64,000 nt of DNA from Nitrospinales bacterium (lineage in GTDB: Bacteria > Nitrospinota > Nitrospinia > Nitrospinales > JAJDAT01), in NCBI GenBank assembly GCA_046757665.1, contig JBHHYO010000004.1, positions 14,395 through 78,394 of the forward strand, read 5' to 3'. Positions 9,035-18,914 of the stretch are shown here, piece by piece; within the stretch, counting starts at the first letter, position 1; the number at the start of each line of letters is the position of its first letter. The position numbers and the translations under genes were made by a program. The notes beneath the pieces are model-generated. The model made no database searches and was not told the origin of the DNA. It was given only the letters and a program-made list of their open reading frames with translations.

Positions 9035-10324
9035 ATGAACTATAGGGAAAGCTTGAATTATCTTTCCAGCCTGTTGCCAAGTGGGATCAAATTGGGTCTT
9101 GAAAACACCGCCCGGCTTTTACGCTATTTTGGCGATCCCCAATTGAAAATTCCCGCCATTCACATTGCGGGCACCAACGGCAAGGGGTCCACCGCGGCTT
9201 TTGCGGAAAGCATCCTGCGCGCCGCCGGTTACCGGGTAGGACTTTACACCTCCCCCCACCTTCTGGATTTTCGCGAGCGGGTTCAGGTCAACCGCGTTCC
9301 CATCGCCCCCGATGAATTCGCCGAACTTGCCGGAAGAATCAAGCAAGCCGCCGAATCCGGCAATATCCCGATAACCTATTTCGAATTCAGCACGGTCCTC
9401 GCCTTCCTCTATTTTCACGAAAAAAAACTCGATTGGAACGTCATCGAGGTGGGCCTCGGCGGCAGGCTGGACGCCACCAACCTGTGCCACGCGGAAATTT
9501 CCATCCTGACATCCATCTCCCGGGACCACGCGGATCAGCTGGGCTCAAACCTCGAAACCATCGCCTTTGAAAAGGCCTCCATTATCAAGGATCGCGGCAC
9601 GGTTTTTGCTGATATTCCCAATGAGGCTGTGTCGAAGGTGATTGCGCGGGTGGCTCGGGACCGCCGCGCCACATTACAATGCTTGCGAAAGGATTTCGAG
9701 GCGGAAAGGACAACATTCAACTCTCAAAGCCAGTCGATCGATTTCCGCGGCCGGCAGCGCCATTGGAAAAACCTGACCCTGCCGTTAATCGGCCGGCATC
9801 AGGTTGCCAACGCCGCCCTGGCCATCGCCGCCTGTCTCGAACTGAACTCGAAACAACACTCCGTTTCTGAAACGGCGGTGCGGCAGGGACTGCAAACCAC
9901 CCGCTGGGACGGACGATTGGAAACCGTGGCAAAGAACCCCGACATTGTCCTCGATTGCGCCCACAACCCAGACGGCGTCAAAAAACTGACAGAAAGCCTG
10001 CGGGAATACTTCAAGTTTGACCAATGCCTTCTGGTCCTGGGAACCATGCGCGATAAGCCGGTCGAGGATATGCTGGGTATCCTGGCCCGATTCGCTCACA
10101 AAATCATCCTGGTAAAACCCCGGCAACAACGAAGCGAGGACCCCAATCGCCTGTATGCCATACTGCGTAAATACCATAAATTTGTTGAAATTATTAATGA
10201 AATACCATATGCTTTGAACTCAGCCAGGAGAATGGTTCGCCCCACGGATATCATTTGTGTTACCGGCTCCCTTTTCACCGTGGCGGAGGCCAAACAGTTC
10301 TTTGCCAATGAGCGGAATAACTAA
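9035..10324 (+). CDS. folC: Bifunctional folylpolyglutamate synthase / dihydrofolate synthase
   Basis: 429 aa. The P-loop HIAGTNGKGSTAAF and the Mur-ligase-like layout (SISRDHADQLG, LDCAHNPDG) support the call. Confidence 0.88.
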   Translation: MNYRESLNYLSSLLPSGIKLGLENTARLLRYFGDPQLKIPAIHIAGTNGKGSTAAFAESILRAAGYRVGLYTSPHLLDFRERVQVNRVPIAPDEFAELAGRIKQAAESGNIPITYFEFSTVLAFLYFHEKKLDWNVIEVGLGGRLDATNLCHAEISILTSISRDHADQLGSNLETIAFEKASIIKDRGTVFADIPNEAVSKVIARVARDRRATLQCLRKDFEAERTTFNSQSQSIDFRGRQRHWKNLTLPLIGRHQVANAALAIAACLELNSKQHSVSETAVRQGLQTTRWDGRLETVAKNPDIVLDCAHNPDGVKKLTESLREYFKFDQCLLVLGTMRDKPVEDMLGILARFAHKIILVKPRQQRSEDPNRLYAILRKYHKFVEIINEIPYALNSARRMVRPTDIICVTGSLFTVAEAKQFFANERNN

Positions 10325-12521
10325 ACCCATCCTGGTTCTCTGGCTTGCCGTTGTCCTTGCCGCTGGAGAAGCCCTCGCCAACCCTGCGGCAATGCCCTCC
10401 TCCGCCGGGCAAAAAGCGGCTGTCGCAAAAAAAATCTCCGGCAAATCCCAATCTTCCCAGGAAGAATCCGTTAGAATTTCCGCCGACCACCTCGAACGGG
10501 ATTCCGCGAAGGACACGATCAAGGCGCGGGGCAAGGTCACCGTTCGTTATCAAAACAGGGCCGTCCGCGCCGACCGCATAAAAATCAATCTGAAAACCGG
10601 CAAGGGAGAAGCCACGGGCCACGTGCTTATCACTGGAGAAGGGACGCGGCTCAAAGCGCACGGCGCCGTCTTCAACCTGAAAAGCGAAAAAGCGAAATTC
10701 TTTAACGTCCGCGGCGAAATCGCTCATTCCTATTACATCAAGAGCAAAAGCGCCCGTAAACTCTCCGACCGGCATTACAAACTCGACAAATCCTCACTGA
10801 CCACCTGCAAGGGCCATCTGCCGGACTGGGTTTTTGAAGTGGACTCCATGGATGTGCAGGTAGGCGACCGCGCCCTGTTCCGCGGCGCCACCTTCAAGGT
10901 GCGGGACGTGCCCTTGCTCCATCTCCCCATCGGCTACGTCCCTCTCGACAACGAACGCAAAAGCGGCTTCCTGTTTCCCGAATTCGGCAGTAGCAATGTG
11001 AACGGCGTTTTTATCAACAACAGCTACTTTTGGGCGATCAACCGCCAGTCCGATGCCACCTTTTCGATCGACTACATGGAAAAACGCGGCGTCCGGCCGG
11101 AAATCGAATATCGCTACACTCCCAGCGCCACCACCCGCGGAGAGTTCCGGGCGAATATACTCGACGACAAAATCACCAACGATGTCATCTGGAAGGTGGA
11201 TGCCGTTCACCAGCAGGCCCTGCCGCGTGGCTTTCATGTCAATGCCAAGCTCGATCTCATCAGCGCGAACAACTTCAACAAAACCTTCACCAATAACGTG
11301 GCAAGGCGGACCCGCAGAAGCACCAACTCGTTTTTTAACCTCACCAAATCCTGGAGCAACAGCACCCTGGACGTCCTCGCCCGAGCCCGTAACAGCATCG
11401 AGGACAACCGCAACGATACCCTGAACCTTTTCCCGCAGATCACCCACAAGGTTCAACGCTTCGCCATCGGCAACTCTCCATTTTTCTTTAACCAGGAGGC
11501 CTCGTACACCCTGTTCCAGACCGACCTGGACCCCAGCGTCTCCGTTGACCGAACGGAAACCTTTCAGCGCATCGACTTTCATCCGCAGATTTCCATGCCC
11601 CTGCGGCCCACGTCATGGATCACCTTCACACCCATCGTGGGGTTCCGGGAAACCTATTACAGCAAGGGGTTGGGAGCCGAAAAGCAAACGCTGGACGGCT
11701 TTTCCAGGCAATTGGCGGACATCAATACGGTCATTGAGGGGCCCAAGTTCAGAAAAATTTATTTCACCGGCAATCCAAAATACCCCAAACTCAACCACGT
11801 CGTCGAACCGCGCCTGACGTACCAATACATTCCCGACATCAGCGAAAACACGCGAAAAAAAATAAAAGTGTTCGACAGCGTCGACACCATCGGCGCCGCC
11901 AATCGCATAACCTACACGCTCAACCAGAGAATTCACCGCAAAACGGCCCTCAAAAACGGCAAATTCAAGACCGATCAGGTCATGAGGCTGGAACTCAAGC
12001 AAACGTACGACATCCGCGAAGCGACCCGCACCCAACCTCCCGGAACCAAGTCCCGGCCTTTTTCCGACCTGCGGTTCGACCTCGATAGCCGGCTTCTCGA
12101 CGCCCTGATGATGAACTTCGATACCAAGTTCGACGTTTATGACGGCGTCTTCAACACCGCCAACCTGGAAGTCGGCATCAAAGCCACGGAAATGCTGTCG
12201 ATCTTTTTTGAGCGCCGGTTCACCCGCAACGCCTCGACCTTCCTTCAGGGAACCATCAACCTGGATCTGAAAAAAGGCTGGCGCATTCAGTACAGCGCCC
12301 GCTTCGACGAAAAACGCACCCGATTCCAGGAAAACGACTTCAGTGTCTCGTATAATGACCCGTGCAAATGCTGGGGGGTGGGATTCGACTTCATCAAGCG
12401 CAACAACATCAACGGCGGCATCAACCAGGACGACACGCGATTCATGCTCAACATCAACCTGAAAGGGATCGGCTCCATCGGCACCAACAAAAAAGACAAG
12501 TTATTGCACAGGAGATTTTAA
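10308..12521 (+). CDS. lptD: LPS-assembly outer-membrane protein LptD
   Basis: ATG at 10308 gives the signal peptide MSGITKPILVLWLAVVLAAGEALA; the track ORF starts at 10257. An OstA-like N-terminal region (ISADHLERD...VTVRYQNRAVRADRIKINL) is followed by a beta-barrel-like C-terminal part of about 550 aa. Overlaps folC by 17 nt. Confidence 0.85.
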   Translation: MSGITKPILVLWLAVVLAAGEALANPAAMPSSAGQKAAVAKKISGKSQSSQEESVRISADHLERDSAKDTIKARGKVTVRYQNRAVRADRIKINLKTGKGEATGHVLITGEGTRLKAHGAVFNLKSEKAKFFNVRGEIAHSYYIKSKSARKLSDRHYKLDKSSLTTCKGHLPDWVFEVDSMDVQVGDRALFRGATFKVRDVPLLHLPIGYVPLDNERKSGFLFPEFGSSNVNGVFINNSYFWAINRQSDATFSIDYMEKRGVRPEIEYRYTPSATTRGEFRANILDDKITNDVIWKVDAVHQQALPRGFHVNAKLDLISANNFNKTFTNNVARRTRRSTNSFFNLTKSWSNSTLDVLARARNSIEDNRNDTLNLFPQITHKVQRFAIGNSPFFFNQEASYTLFQTDLDPSVSVDRTETFQRIDFHPQISMPLRPTSWITFTPIVGFRETYYSKGLGAEKQTLDGFSRQLADINTVIEGPKFRKIYFTGNPKYPKLNHVVEPRLTYQYIPDISENTRKKIKVFDSVDTIGAANRITYTLNQRIHRKTALKNGKFKTDQVMRLELKQTYDIREATRTQPPGTKSRPFSDLRFDLDSRLLDALMMNFDTKFDVYDGVFNTANLEVGIKATEMLSIFFERRFTRNASTFLQGTINLDLKKGWRIQYSARFDEKRTRFQENDFSVSYNDPCKCWGVGFDFIKRNNINGGINQDDTRFMLNINLKGIGSIGTNKKDKLLHRRF

Positions 12522-12526
12522 CCGCC

Positions 12527-13177
12527 ATGCAAAATGAACCCGCCGATTTCCACGCCGGAGAACTGGCGCGCATCGCCCTGTCGATCGGCGCCATCAAACT
12601 GAATCCCGAAAACCCGTTCACCTGGGCGTCCGGATATCGAATGCCCGTTTACAACGACAACCGCCTTCTTCTCGGCAACGCCGAGCACCGCCTTCTGGTC
12701 GCCCGGGGCCTGCGGGCCGTTTTAACCCGCGAAAACATTCCCGTGGACGTCGTTGCCGGTACCGCCACCGCCGGCATCCCGCCCGCCACCAGCCTTGCCA
12801 ACCTGTTGCGAGCACCCCTCATTTACGTTCGCCCGAAACCCAAACAGCACGGGATGCAAAACCAGATCGAAGGTATCCTGAAAAGCAATCAAAATACGGT
12901 CGTCGTCGAAGACCTCATATCCACAGGTGGAAGCGCCCTGGAAGCGGTGGCCGCCGTCCGCCGAGCGGGCGCCAGGGTCGAGCACTGCCTCTGCATTTTC
13001 AATTACGGTTTCGCCGAGGCCGCCGAGGCCTTTGAAAAAGCCCACTGCCGCCTCCATTCCCTCTTGACCTTTCCGGAACTTCTCCAGTACGCCGAAAACA
13101 AAAAAATCATGTCCTCCGGACAAATCGCCCTTCTGCGCGACTGGTATCAAAACCCGTTCGACTGGGGAAAACGGTAA
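12527..13177 (+). CDS. pyrE: Orotate phosphoribosyltransferase
   Basis: The ATG at 12527, 5 nt after the lptD stop, gives a typical N-terminus (GAIKLNPENPFTWASGYRMPVYNDNR). The PRPP-binding motif is VVVEDLISTGGS. The upstream part of the track ORF (from 12362) is R/H/Q-rich and overlaps lptD. Confidence 0.88.
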   Translation: MQNEPADFHAGELARIALSIGAIKLNPENPFTWASGYRMPVYNDNRLLLGNAEHRLLVARGLRAVLTRENIPVDVVAGTATAGIPPATSLANLLRAPLIYVRPKPKQHGMQNQIEGILKSNQNTVVVEDLISTGGSALEAVAAVRRAGARVEHCLCIFNYGFAEAAEAFEKAHCRLHSLLTFPELLQYAENKKIMSSGQIALLRDWYQNPFDWGKR

Positions 13178-13235
13178 TGCAAATGGCGGGATGGTATTAG
13201 AAAAAATTCGATGAGAGGGCTATTCCTCGGGGGGA

Positions 13236-13252
13236 CTGTCCAGGGAGGACAG
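13236..13252. terminator. Hairpin between convergent pyrE and a small minus-strand ORF (possible bidirectional terminator)
   Basis: CTGTCC-aggga-GGACAG forms a perfect 6-bp stem. There is no adjacent U-run on either strand, so this is weak. Confidence 0.2.
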
Positions 13253-13261
13253 AGGAAAAGT

Positions 13262-13411
13262 TCAAATCCCCGATAGAGTTTTGATGCCGAAAAATTTCAG
13301 GAAGGACACGGCGGCCCAGATGCCTATGCTGGCGAAAAACCCCAGCGCCACGGCGGCAAGAACGAAGATCATTATCAATTTAAACATTTCCTCAATACCA
13401 CGAAATTTCAT
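13262..13411 (-). CDS. Small hydrophobic protein (49 aa), hypothetical
   Basis: The internal ATG at 13411 of the 121-aa track ORF gives MKFRGIEEMFKLIMIFVLAAVALGFFASIGIWAAVSFLKFFGIKTLSGI, which has two hydrophobic stretches. GGAAGAG lies upstream. It has its own near-consensus promoter (next feature). Confidence 0.4.
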   Translation of the reverse strand: MKFRGIEEMFKLIMIFVLAAVALGFFASIGIWAAVSFLKFFGIKTLSGI

Positions 13412-13483
13412 CGACTCTTCCTTCTTGTTGACTGCGTTGGGAATCGGCGGCTCTCGCCCATCGCCTACCCGTGTTAACCGATA

Positions 13484-13512
13484 ACCATAATTGACATCGG
13501 CGGCATTGTCAA
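13484..13512 (-). promoter_or_regulatory. Sigma70-like promoter, TTGACA-N17-TATGGT, reading toward the 49-aa ORF
   Basis: On the minus strand the sequence is ATTGACAatgccgccgatgtcaatTATGGT. The -35 is the reverse complement of 13507-13512 and the -10 is the reverse complement of 13484-13489. The same region forms the inverted repeat ATTGACA-N10-TGTCAAT (13490-13513). Confidence 0.4.
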
Positions 13513-13553
13513 TCGCCGGTTGCGGAATTTTTCCGCCGGAGGCAACACCGCGA

Positions 13554-14483
13554 TCACCGCCTGACAACCACAAGGGCCACGCCGGCAACGGCGGTGAACG
13601 CGCCGAGGTAACCCAGCGAACCGACAACCTCCGGCTCGATCCAGCCCGGCTTGAATTCCCCTATCAAGTGCATCACCAAAAGAGTGATCAATGGATTGAG
13701 AGTAATGATAACACTGACATGGGTCAGGGGGATCAACCTTATGGCCTCCAGCAGAGCCCCGTAAGCCAGCAGGGTGTTCAGTCCGAGAAAGACGAGTAAC
13801 AGCCAGCTTTTTGAGTTCGCCGCGGCAAACTCCGCCCACGCCACTCCAAAAACCAGCATCATCCCCGCCACGCCATAAACCAGCAGGTTCAGCGACTGCG
13901 CCTCATACCGAACACTGAGATATTTCAGAGCCGTAGCGTACACCGCCCAAACGACCGCCGCGAAAATAATATGTCCATTTGCGATGGAATACAGACCCGG
14001 AGCCACCGTCTGCTGTTTCTGGTCCAGATAAAAAATCACAAAACCGCCAACGGCAACAAACATCCCGGCGGCCTGCCGCCCTCGCAACTTTTCATGAAAC
14101 AGGTACACGCCCGCCAACACCACCAGAACCGGCGCCAGTTGAATCAGGATAGCGGTGTTGGAGGGGCCGCTGAACTGCACTCCCCGCAAAAAATAAAAAT
14201 AATTGGCGGCCAGGCAAACCCCTGCCAGCAAACCCGGCCCGGGCGGATGCCGCAGAATCGCCAGAGGTTCGGATTTACGCAGGCCCAAAACCGCCAGCAA
14301 AACCGTGAAGGCAAAGACAAACCGAAACCACACGATGGTGCCGGCGGAAAACTCCGTCAAGGCCGCCTTCGAGACGATCGGCAAAACGCCCCACAACAAG
14401 CAGGTGCAGAGGGCAAACAAAACCCCGCGCAGGTAAGCGGCGGATTCCACCGCTTCCGGATTAGCTGACGACTCGGCTGTCAT
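13554..14483 (-). CDS. EamA/DMT-family transporter
   Basis: 309 aa with about 10 predicted TM helices in two EamA-like halves. ATG at 14483. Confidence 0.8.
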   Translation of the reverse strand: MTAESSANPEAVESAAYLRGVLFALCTCLLWGVLPIVSKAALTEFSAGTIVWFRFVFAFTVLLAVLGLRKSEPLAILRHPPGPGLLAGVCLAANYFYFLRGVQFSGPSNTAILIQLAPVLVVLAGVYLFHEKLRGRQAAGMFVAVGGFVIFYLDQKQQTVAPGLYSIANGHIIFAAVVWAVYATALKYLSVRYEAQSLNLLVYGVAGMMLVFGVAWAEFAAANSKSWLLLVFLGLNTLLAYGALLEAIRLIPLTHVSVIITLNPLITLLVMHLIGEFKPGWIEPEVVGSLGYLGAFTAVAGVALVVVRR

Positions 14484-14533
14484 TTTCGAGAAACGAGTAA
14501 AACAAGCACGGCGAGAAAACTTAATTCAACACG

Positions 14534-15163
14534 TTATTTCAGCCGCGAAAAATTTTTCAGAAGCATCAACCCGGTCTTTTGGCTTTTTTCGGGATGGAAC
14601 TGCAACGCATGGACGTTGTTCCATTGAATCCCCGATACGAACTCCACGCCATAATTCGTTATCGTCGCCACGGGTTCCGGACTGTCCGGCAACACATAAT
14701 AGGAGTGCACAAAATAAAACCAGGAGGCGTCCGGAACGCCGTCGAACAGCGGCAGGTTTTTTTTAACTACGACCCGATTCCAGCCCATATGCGGGATTTT
14801 CAATTCCGCGCCGCCTTGCAAGCCGCGCATTCCCGGCGCAAAGCGAACCACTTTTCCCGGAACGATATTCAAACCGGAAATGGGGCCGAATTCCTCGCTT
14901 TCCGAAAACAGGACTTGCAGGCCCAGGCAGATTCCCAAAAAGGGTTTTCCGCTTTGGATGGTTTTTTGAATGGCGTCCAGCAAGTCCAGTTGCCGCAGGT
15001 TCGCCATGCCGTTCTTGAAGGCCCCGACCCCGGGGAGGACCACGGAGCGCGCCCCGGCAATCTCCCGCGGGTCGGCGGTCACGCGGGCATCGGCGCCGAC
15101 CGTCTGCAAGGCTTTTTGCACCGACCGCAGGTTGCCCATGCCGTAATCGATGATGGCAATCAA
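14534..15163 (-). CDS. hisH: Imidazole glycerol phosphate synthase, glutamine amidotransferase subunit HisH
   Basis: The TTG start follows directly after the hisB stop. Motifs: MIAIIDYGMGNLRSV, LPGVGAF, the catalytic Cys in FLGICLGLQ, PHMGWN, and FHPEKS. Confidence 0.92.
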   Translation of the reverse strand: MIAIIDYGMGNLRSVQKALQTVGADARVTADPREIAGARSVVLPGVGAFKNGMANLRQLDLLDAIQKTIQSGKPFLGICLGLQVLFSESEEFGPISGLNIVPGKVVRFAPGMRGLQGGAELKIPHMGWNRVVVKKNLPLFDGVPDASWFYFVHSYYVLPDSPEPVATITNYGVEFVSGIQWNNVHALQFHPEKSQKTGLMLLKNFSRLK

Positions 15164-15751
15164 TTACAATCGGCCCTTGGTGGAAGGAATTTCGCCGCTT
15201 CGCGGGTCCAGGGAACAAGCCTCATCCAGAGCCCGCGCAAAGGACTTGAACATCGCCTCCACCACATGGTGGAGGTTGCTCCAATAGGCGGCGGTGATGT
15301 GCAGGGTGACACCGGCGTTGGCGGCGAAAGCTTGAAAAAATTCGGGAACCAGTTCAACATCGAACTCGCCGATTTTGGCCTTGGGAAGATCGGCGTTGAA
15401 AACGAAAAAGGCCCGCCCGCTGAGGTCCACTACGGAGGTAGCCAGCGCTTCGTTGAGGGGAACACTGACATCGGCAAAACGGCGGATGCCTTTTTTATCG
15501 CCCAGCGCCTGCGAAAACGCCTGTCCAAGCGAAATCCCCACATCCTCCACGGTGTGGTGAAAATCGATTTCCGTATCGCCCCGGGCCTGGATGTCAAGAT
15601 CGAAAAACCCGTGGCGGGACAACTGCGCCAGCATGTGGTCTAAAAAGGGAATGGGGGTCTGGATGTTGTGCTCGCCCGATCCGTCCAGGTTCAGGCTAAC
15701 GGCGATCTCGGTTTCGCGGGTCGCCCGCTTGATCTGCGAAACTCTACCCAT
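15164..15751 (-). CDS. hisB: Imidazoleglycerol-phosphate dehydratase HisB
   Basis: 195 aa. Histidine-rich metal motifs: FLDHML, DFHHTVEDVGISLG, NLHHVVEAMFKSFARAL. Confidence 0.92.
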   Translation of the reverse strand: MGRVSQIKRATRETEIAVSLNLDGSGEHNIQTPIPFLDHMLAQLSRHGFFDLDIQARGDTEIDFHHTVEDVGISLGQAFSQALGDKKGIRRFADVSVPLNEALATSVVDLSGRAFFVFNADLPKAKIGEFDVELVPEFFQAFAANAGVTLHITAAYWSNLHHVVEAMFKSFARALDEACSLDPRSGEIPSTKGRL

Positions 15752-17747
15752 GGACAGGTTGCTTGGATTTCAGTTGGCCTTTTGCCCGAGCGTCTCGCGG
15801 GCTTTCTCCGTCGTGGTGGGAATGACTCTTTTTCCCGTTTCCGGAAACCGCCGCCGGAGTTTTCGACGACTGTTTATAATAAAATGCGGAGATGGTTTCA
15901 AACAGGCCTTCCGGGTCCAGCTTAAGATTTTTGCGGATGATCTTCGGCGCTCCATGCTCGACGACGACATTGCCCACGCCAATGCGCTTTACCCGCAGAT
16001 TGGAAAGAGCGTCGTTTTGTTCGAGCGCTTCGAGGACCGCCGACCCGAACCCGCCGTCCAGGGAATGTTCCTCCACCGTAACCAAGTGCCCCGTCGAACG
16101 AGCGTATTTTAAAATCATCTCGCTGTCCACGGGCTTGGCAAACCGGGCATTGATAAGGGCAACGCTGAGACCCTCTTTCTCCAACATGGCTACCGCTTTT
16201 TCGCAAGGTTCCACCATATGGCCGTAAGCGAAAATGGCGAGGTCCGTACCATCCTGGATCAGCTCGGCCTTGCCGATTTCGAGCATCTTCATTTCCGGAT
16301 CGACCGGCACGCCAAGCGTCGTGCCACGCGGATACCGCAGAGCCGAGGGGCCGGGATGATAAATCGAAGTTTTGAGCATATGACGCAATTCATTTTCATC
16401 TTTCGGCGCCATCACGACCATGTTGGGCAACGTCCGCAAATAGGCGATATCGTACATGCCTTGATGGGTGGAACCGTCCTCGCCGACAATACCCGCACGG
16501 TCCATGGCGAAGGTGACGGGAATATTCATCAGGCAAATGTCGTGAACCACCTGGTCATAGGCCCGTTGCAGGAAAGTGGAATAAATCGCCGCGACCGGGC
16601 GCAGTCCTTCCAGCGCCATCGCCCCGGCAAATCCCACGCAATGTTGCTCGGCCATGCCCACATCGAAGGTTCGGTCGGGAAACACCTTTTCAAACTTGTC
16701 GATCCCCGTACCGTCGGGCATCGCCGCCGTCAGGCCAATAATTGTTTCGTCTTCATGCGCCAGTTCGATCAACGCTTCCGCAAACACCGCCGTATAGGCC
16801 GGGTTGGATTTCTTTTTATGAAACTGTCCGGTGGAAATATCAAAAGGCTTGGCGCCGTGCCAGAGATGAGCCTTTTCCTCGGCCACCTTGTATCCCTTTC
16901 CCTTTTGTGTAATCACATGGATCAGGGTGGGGCCTTTCAGGTCCTTGATAGTCTCGAAGGAATCAATCAGCAGGTCAACGTCATGACCGTCAATGGGGCC
17001 GATATACCGCAGGCCCAAATCCTCGAACAAACGGCCGGGAATAAAAATACCCTTTATCGCTTCATCGACCTTGTGGGCATACCGGGAGATCTCTTTGCCG
17101 ATCCCCGGAACGGCAAGCAAAAGTTCATCCACTTCCTCCTTGATTTTGGTCATCACCTGACCGGTCATAATCTGGCTCAGATGCGCGGACATGCCGCCGA
17201 CATTGGGGGCAATGGACATTTCATTGTCGTTCAAAACGACGATCACGTCGTTTTTAAGATGCCCGGTATGGTTCAAGCCTTCCAGGGCCATGCCGGACGT
17301 CAGGGAGCCGTCGCCGATGATCGCCACGACCTTGTTGTTTTCCTTTTTTTGATCGCGGGCCGTGGCAAAGGCCAACGCCGCCGATATGGAGGTGCCCCCA
17401 TGGCCGCAGTTCCATTGATCGTAAGGACTTTCCTCCCTGCGGGTAAACCCGCACAATCCCTGGTACTGGCGTAGCGTGCTAAAGCGGTCTCTTCTGCCCG
17501 TCAGCAGTTTGTGAACATAGGACTGGTGGCCCACGTCCCAAACAAACTTGTCCACCGGGTTGTCAAACACGTAATGCAGAGCCAGGGTCAACTCCACCAC
17601 ACCCATGTTGGAGGCCAGATGCCCGCCATTTACCGAAATGACTTCCAAAAGCTTTTGCCGAATTTCCTCGGCGACCTGGGGCAATTTCTTCGTTTCGATC
17701 TTTTTTAAATCTTCCGGACTGTTGATTTGATCCAAGAGTTTGCTCAT
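15744..17747 (-). CDS. dxs: 1-deoxy-D-xylulose-5-phosphate synthase, with a C-terminal K/S/H-rich tail of about 45 aa
   Basis: Motifs GGHLASNMGVVELTLALHYVF and IGDGSLTSGMALEGLN (the TPP-binding motif), plus a transketolase-like layout. The 3' end overlaps the hisB start by 8 nt. Confidence 0.93.
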   Translation of the reverse strand: MSKLLDQINSPEDLKKIETKKLPQVAEEIRQKLLEVISVNGGHLASNMGVVELTLALHYVFDNPVDKFVWDVGHQSYVHKLLTGRRDRFSTLRQYQGLCGFTRREESPYDQWNCGHGGTSISAALAFATARDQKKENNKVVAIIGDGSLTSGMALEGLNHTGHLKNDVIVVLNDNEMSIAPNVGGMSAHLSQIMTGQVMTKIKEEVDELLLAVPGIGKEISRYAHKVDEAIKGIFIPGRLFEDLGLRYIGPIDGHDVDLLIDSFETIKDLKGPTLIHVITQKGKGYKVAEEKAHLWHGAKPFDISTGQFHKKKSNPAYTAVFAEALIELAHEDETIIGLTAAMPDGTGIDKFEKVFPDRTFDVGMAEQHCVGFAGAMALEGLRPVAAIYSTFLQRAYDQVVHDICLMNIPVTFAMDRAGIVGEDGSTHQGMYDIAYLRTLPNMVVMAPKDENELRHMLKTSIYHPGPSALRYPRGTTLGVPVDPEMKMLEIGKAELIQDGTDLAIFAYGHMVEPCEKAVAMLEKEGLSVALINARFAKPVDSEMILKYARSTGHLVTVEEHSLDGGFGSAVLEALEQNDALSNLRVKRIGVGNVVVEHGAPKIIRKNLKLDPEGLFETISAFYYKQSSKTPAAVSGNGKKSHSHHDGESPRDARAKGQLKSKQPVHG

Positions 17748-17760
17748 GAGCCGTTCCAGG

Positions 17761-18651
17761 TCAGAAGGTTCGTTCTACAAAGAAGCGGGCGATCCCTCGA
17801 AGGGGGTCCGCTCGCTCATCGAAATCCTGTAAACTGGCGATCGCTTCCTCAACCAATTCATCGGCTTTTTGCCTGGACTCTTCCAGACCGAACAACGCGG
17901 GATAAGTCGCCTTGTTCTTATCAACATCACTGCCGATGTCTTTCCCTAACGATTTCTCGTCGCCGGTGATATCAAGAATATCATCAACAATTTGAAAAGC
18001 CAATCCAATATGCGCCCCATACCGGGAAAGTGCATCGAGCTGAGCCGGGTCGGCCTGACTCAAAATTGCTCCGCAACGGATACAGGCACGGATGAGAAAT
18101 CCAGTTTTATAAATATGGATATATTCCAAGGTCGCCGCATCTATGGCGCTTTCCTGGGATTCAATATCAACCACCTGCCCGCCGATCATTCCGGTCGTTC
18201 CCAACGCACCCGCCATTTCATGGGAAGCTTTCAGAATACAGGCTGGTGGAATACCGTCCATCAGCATGGCGTTGGTCATTACGATGAACGCCTGGGTCAA
18301 CAAACCGTCTCCGGCCAATATCGCAATCGCCTCGCCGAATGCCTTGTGGTTGGTCGGTTTGCCGCGCCGAAAATTGTCATCATCCAGAGCCGGGAGGTCA
18401 TCGTGAATCAGCGTGTAGGTATGAACAAACTCCGCGGCAACCGCAAATGGAAGGACAACATGCCGATTTCCACCTACCGCCTCGGCGGCCGCCAAGACCA
18501 GAATGGGGCGTAGCCGCTTGCCGCCGGCACGCACGCTGTAGAGCATCGACTGGTGAATACTTTCAGGAAAGGTCCCCTTTTCTGGTAAATACCGGCCTAA
18601 AACCTCATCGATTAACTTTTTGCCTTCAGATAAATATTGCTTGGCGGACAA
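17761..18651 (-). CDS. ispA: Polyprenyl (farnesyl) diphosphate synthase
   Basis: First Asp-rich motif HDDLPALDDDNFRRG and second Asp-rich motif FQIVDDILD. TTG start at 18651; the exact start is uncertain. Confidence 0.88.
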   Translation of the reverse strand: MSAKQYLSEGKKLIDEVLGRYLPEKGTFPESIHQSMLYSVRAGGKRLRPILVLAAAEAVGGNRHVVLPFAVAAEFVHTYTLIHDDLPALDDDNFRRGKPTNHKAFGEAIAILAGDGLLTQAFIVMTNAMLMDGIPPACILKASHEMAGALGTTGMIGGQVVDIESQESAIDAATLEYIHIYKTGFLIRACIRCGAILSQADPAQLDALSRYGAHIGLAFQIVDDILDITGDEKSLGKDIGSDVDKNKATYPALFGLEESRQKADELVEEAIASLQDFDERADPLRGIARFFVERTF

Positions 18652-18914
18652 GATCTCTGGACATCACTCCCTTTAGGTAATCGAATTCCATCAGCCGTAA
18701 ACTAATACGATGCTAACACAAATCATGCTACAGTCAACCCTATTCCCGAATTTGAACCAATTGTTTTTTCTGCCCTTTTTGTTTCCCCACAGCCCGGCCC
18801 AATTGGTAAAAATATTGATCCCGACGCTTTTATAGTCCATAATGCCCCCCTCTAGCATAACCGGTAATACCGCCAGCCAAATAGTCTGCCCCTGCAACTT
18901 TTCAGGATGGAACC

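Noticed and set aside
14579-17474. Long plus-strand ORFs (14579-15643 at 354 aa; 16218-17474 at 418 aa) antisense to hisH/hisB/dxs.
   Set aside because: The minus-strand frames carry unambiguous HisH, HisB and Dxs motifs. The antisense translations are R/H/G-rich with no recognisable features.
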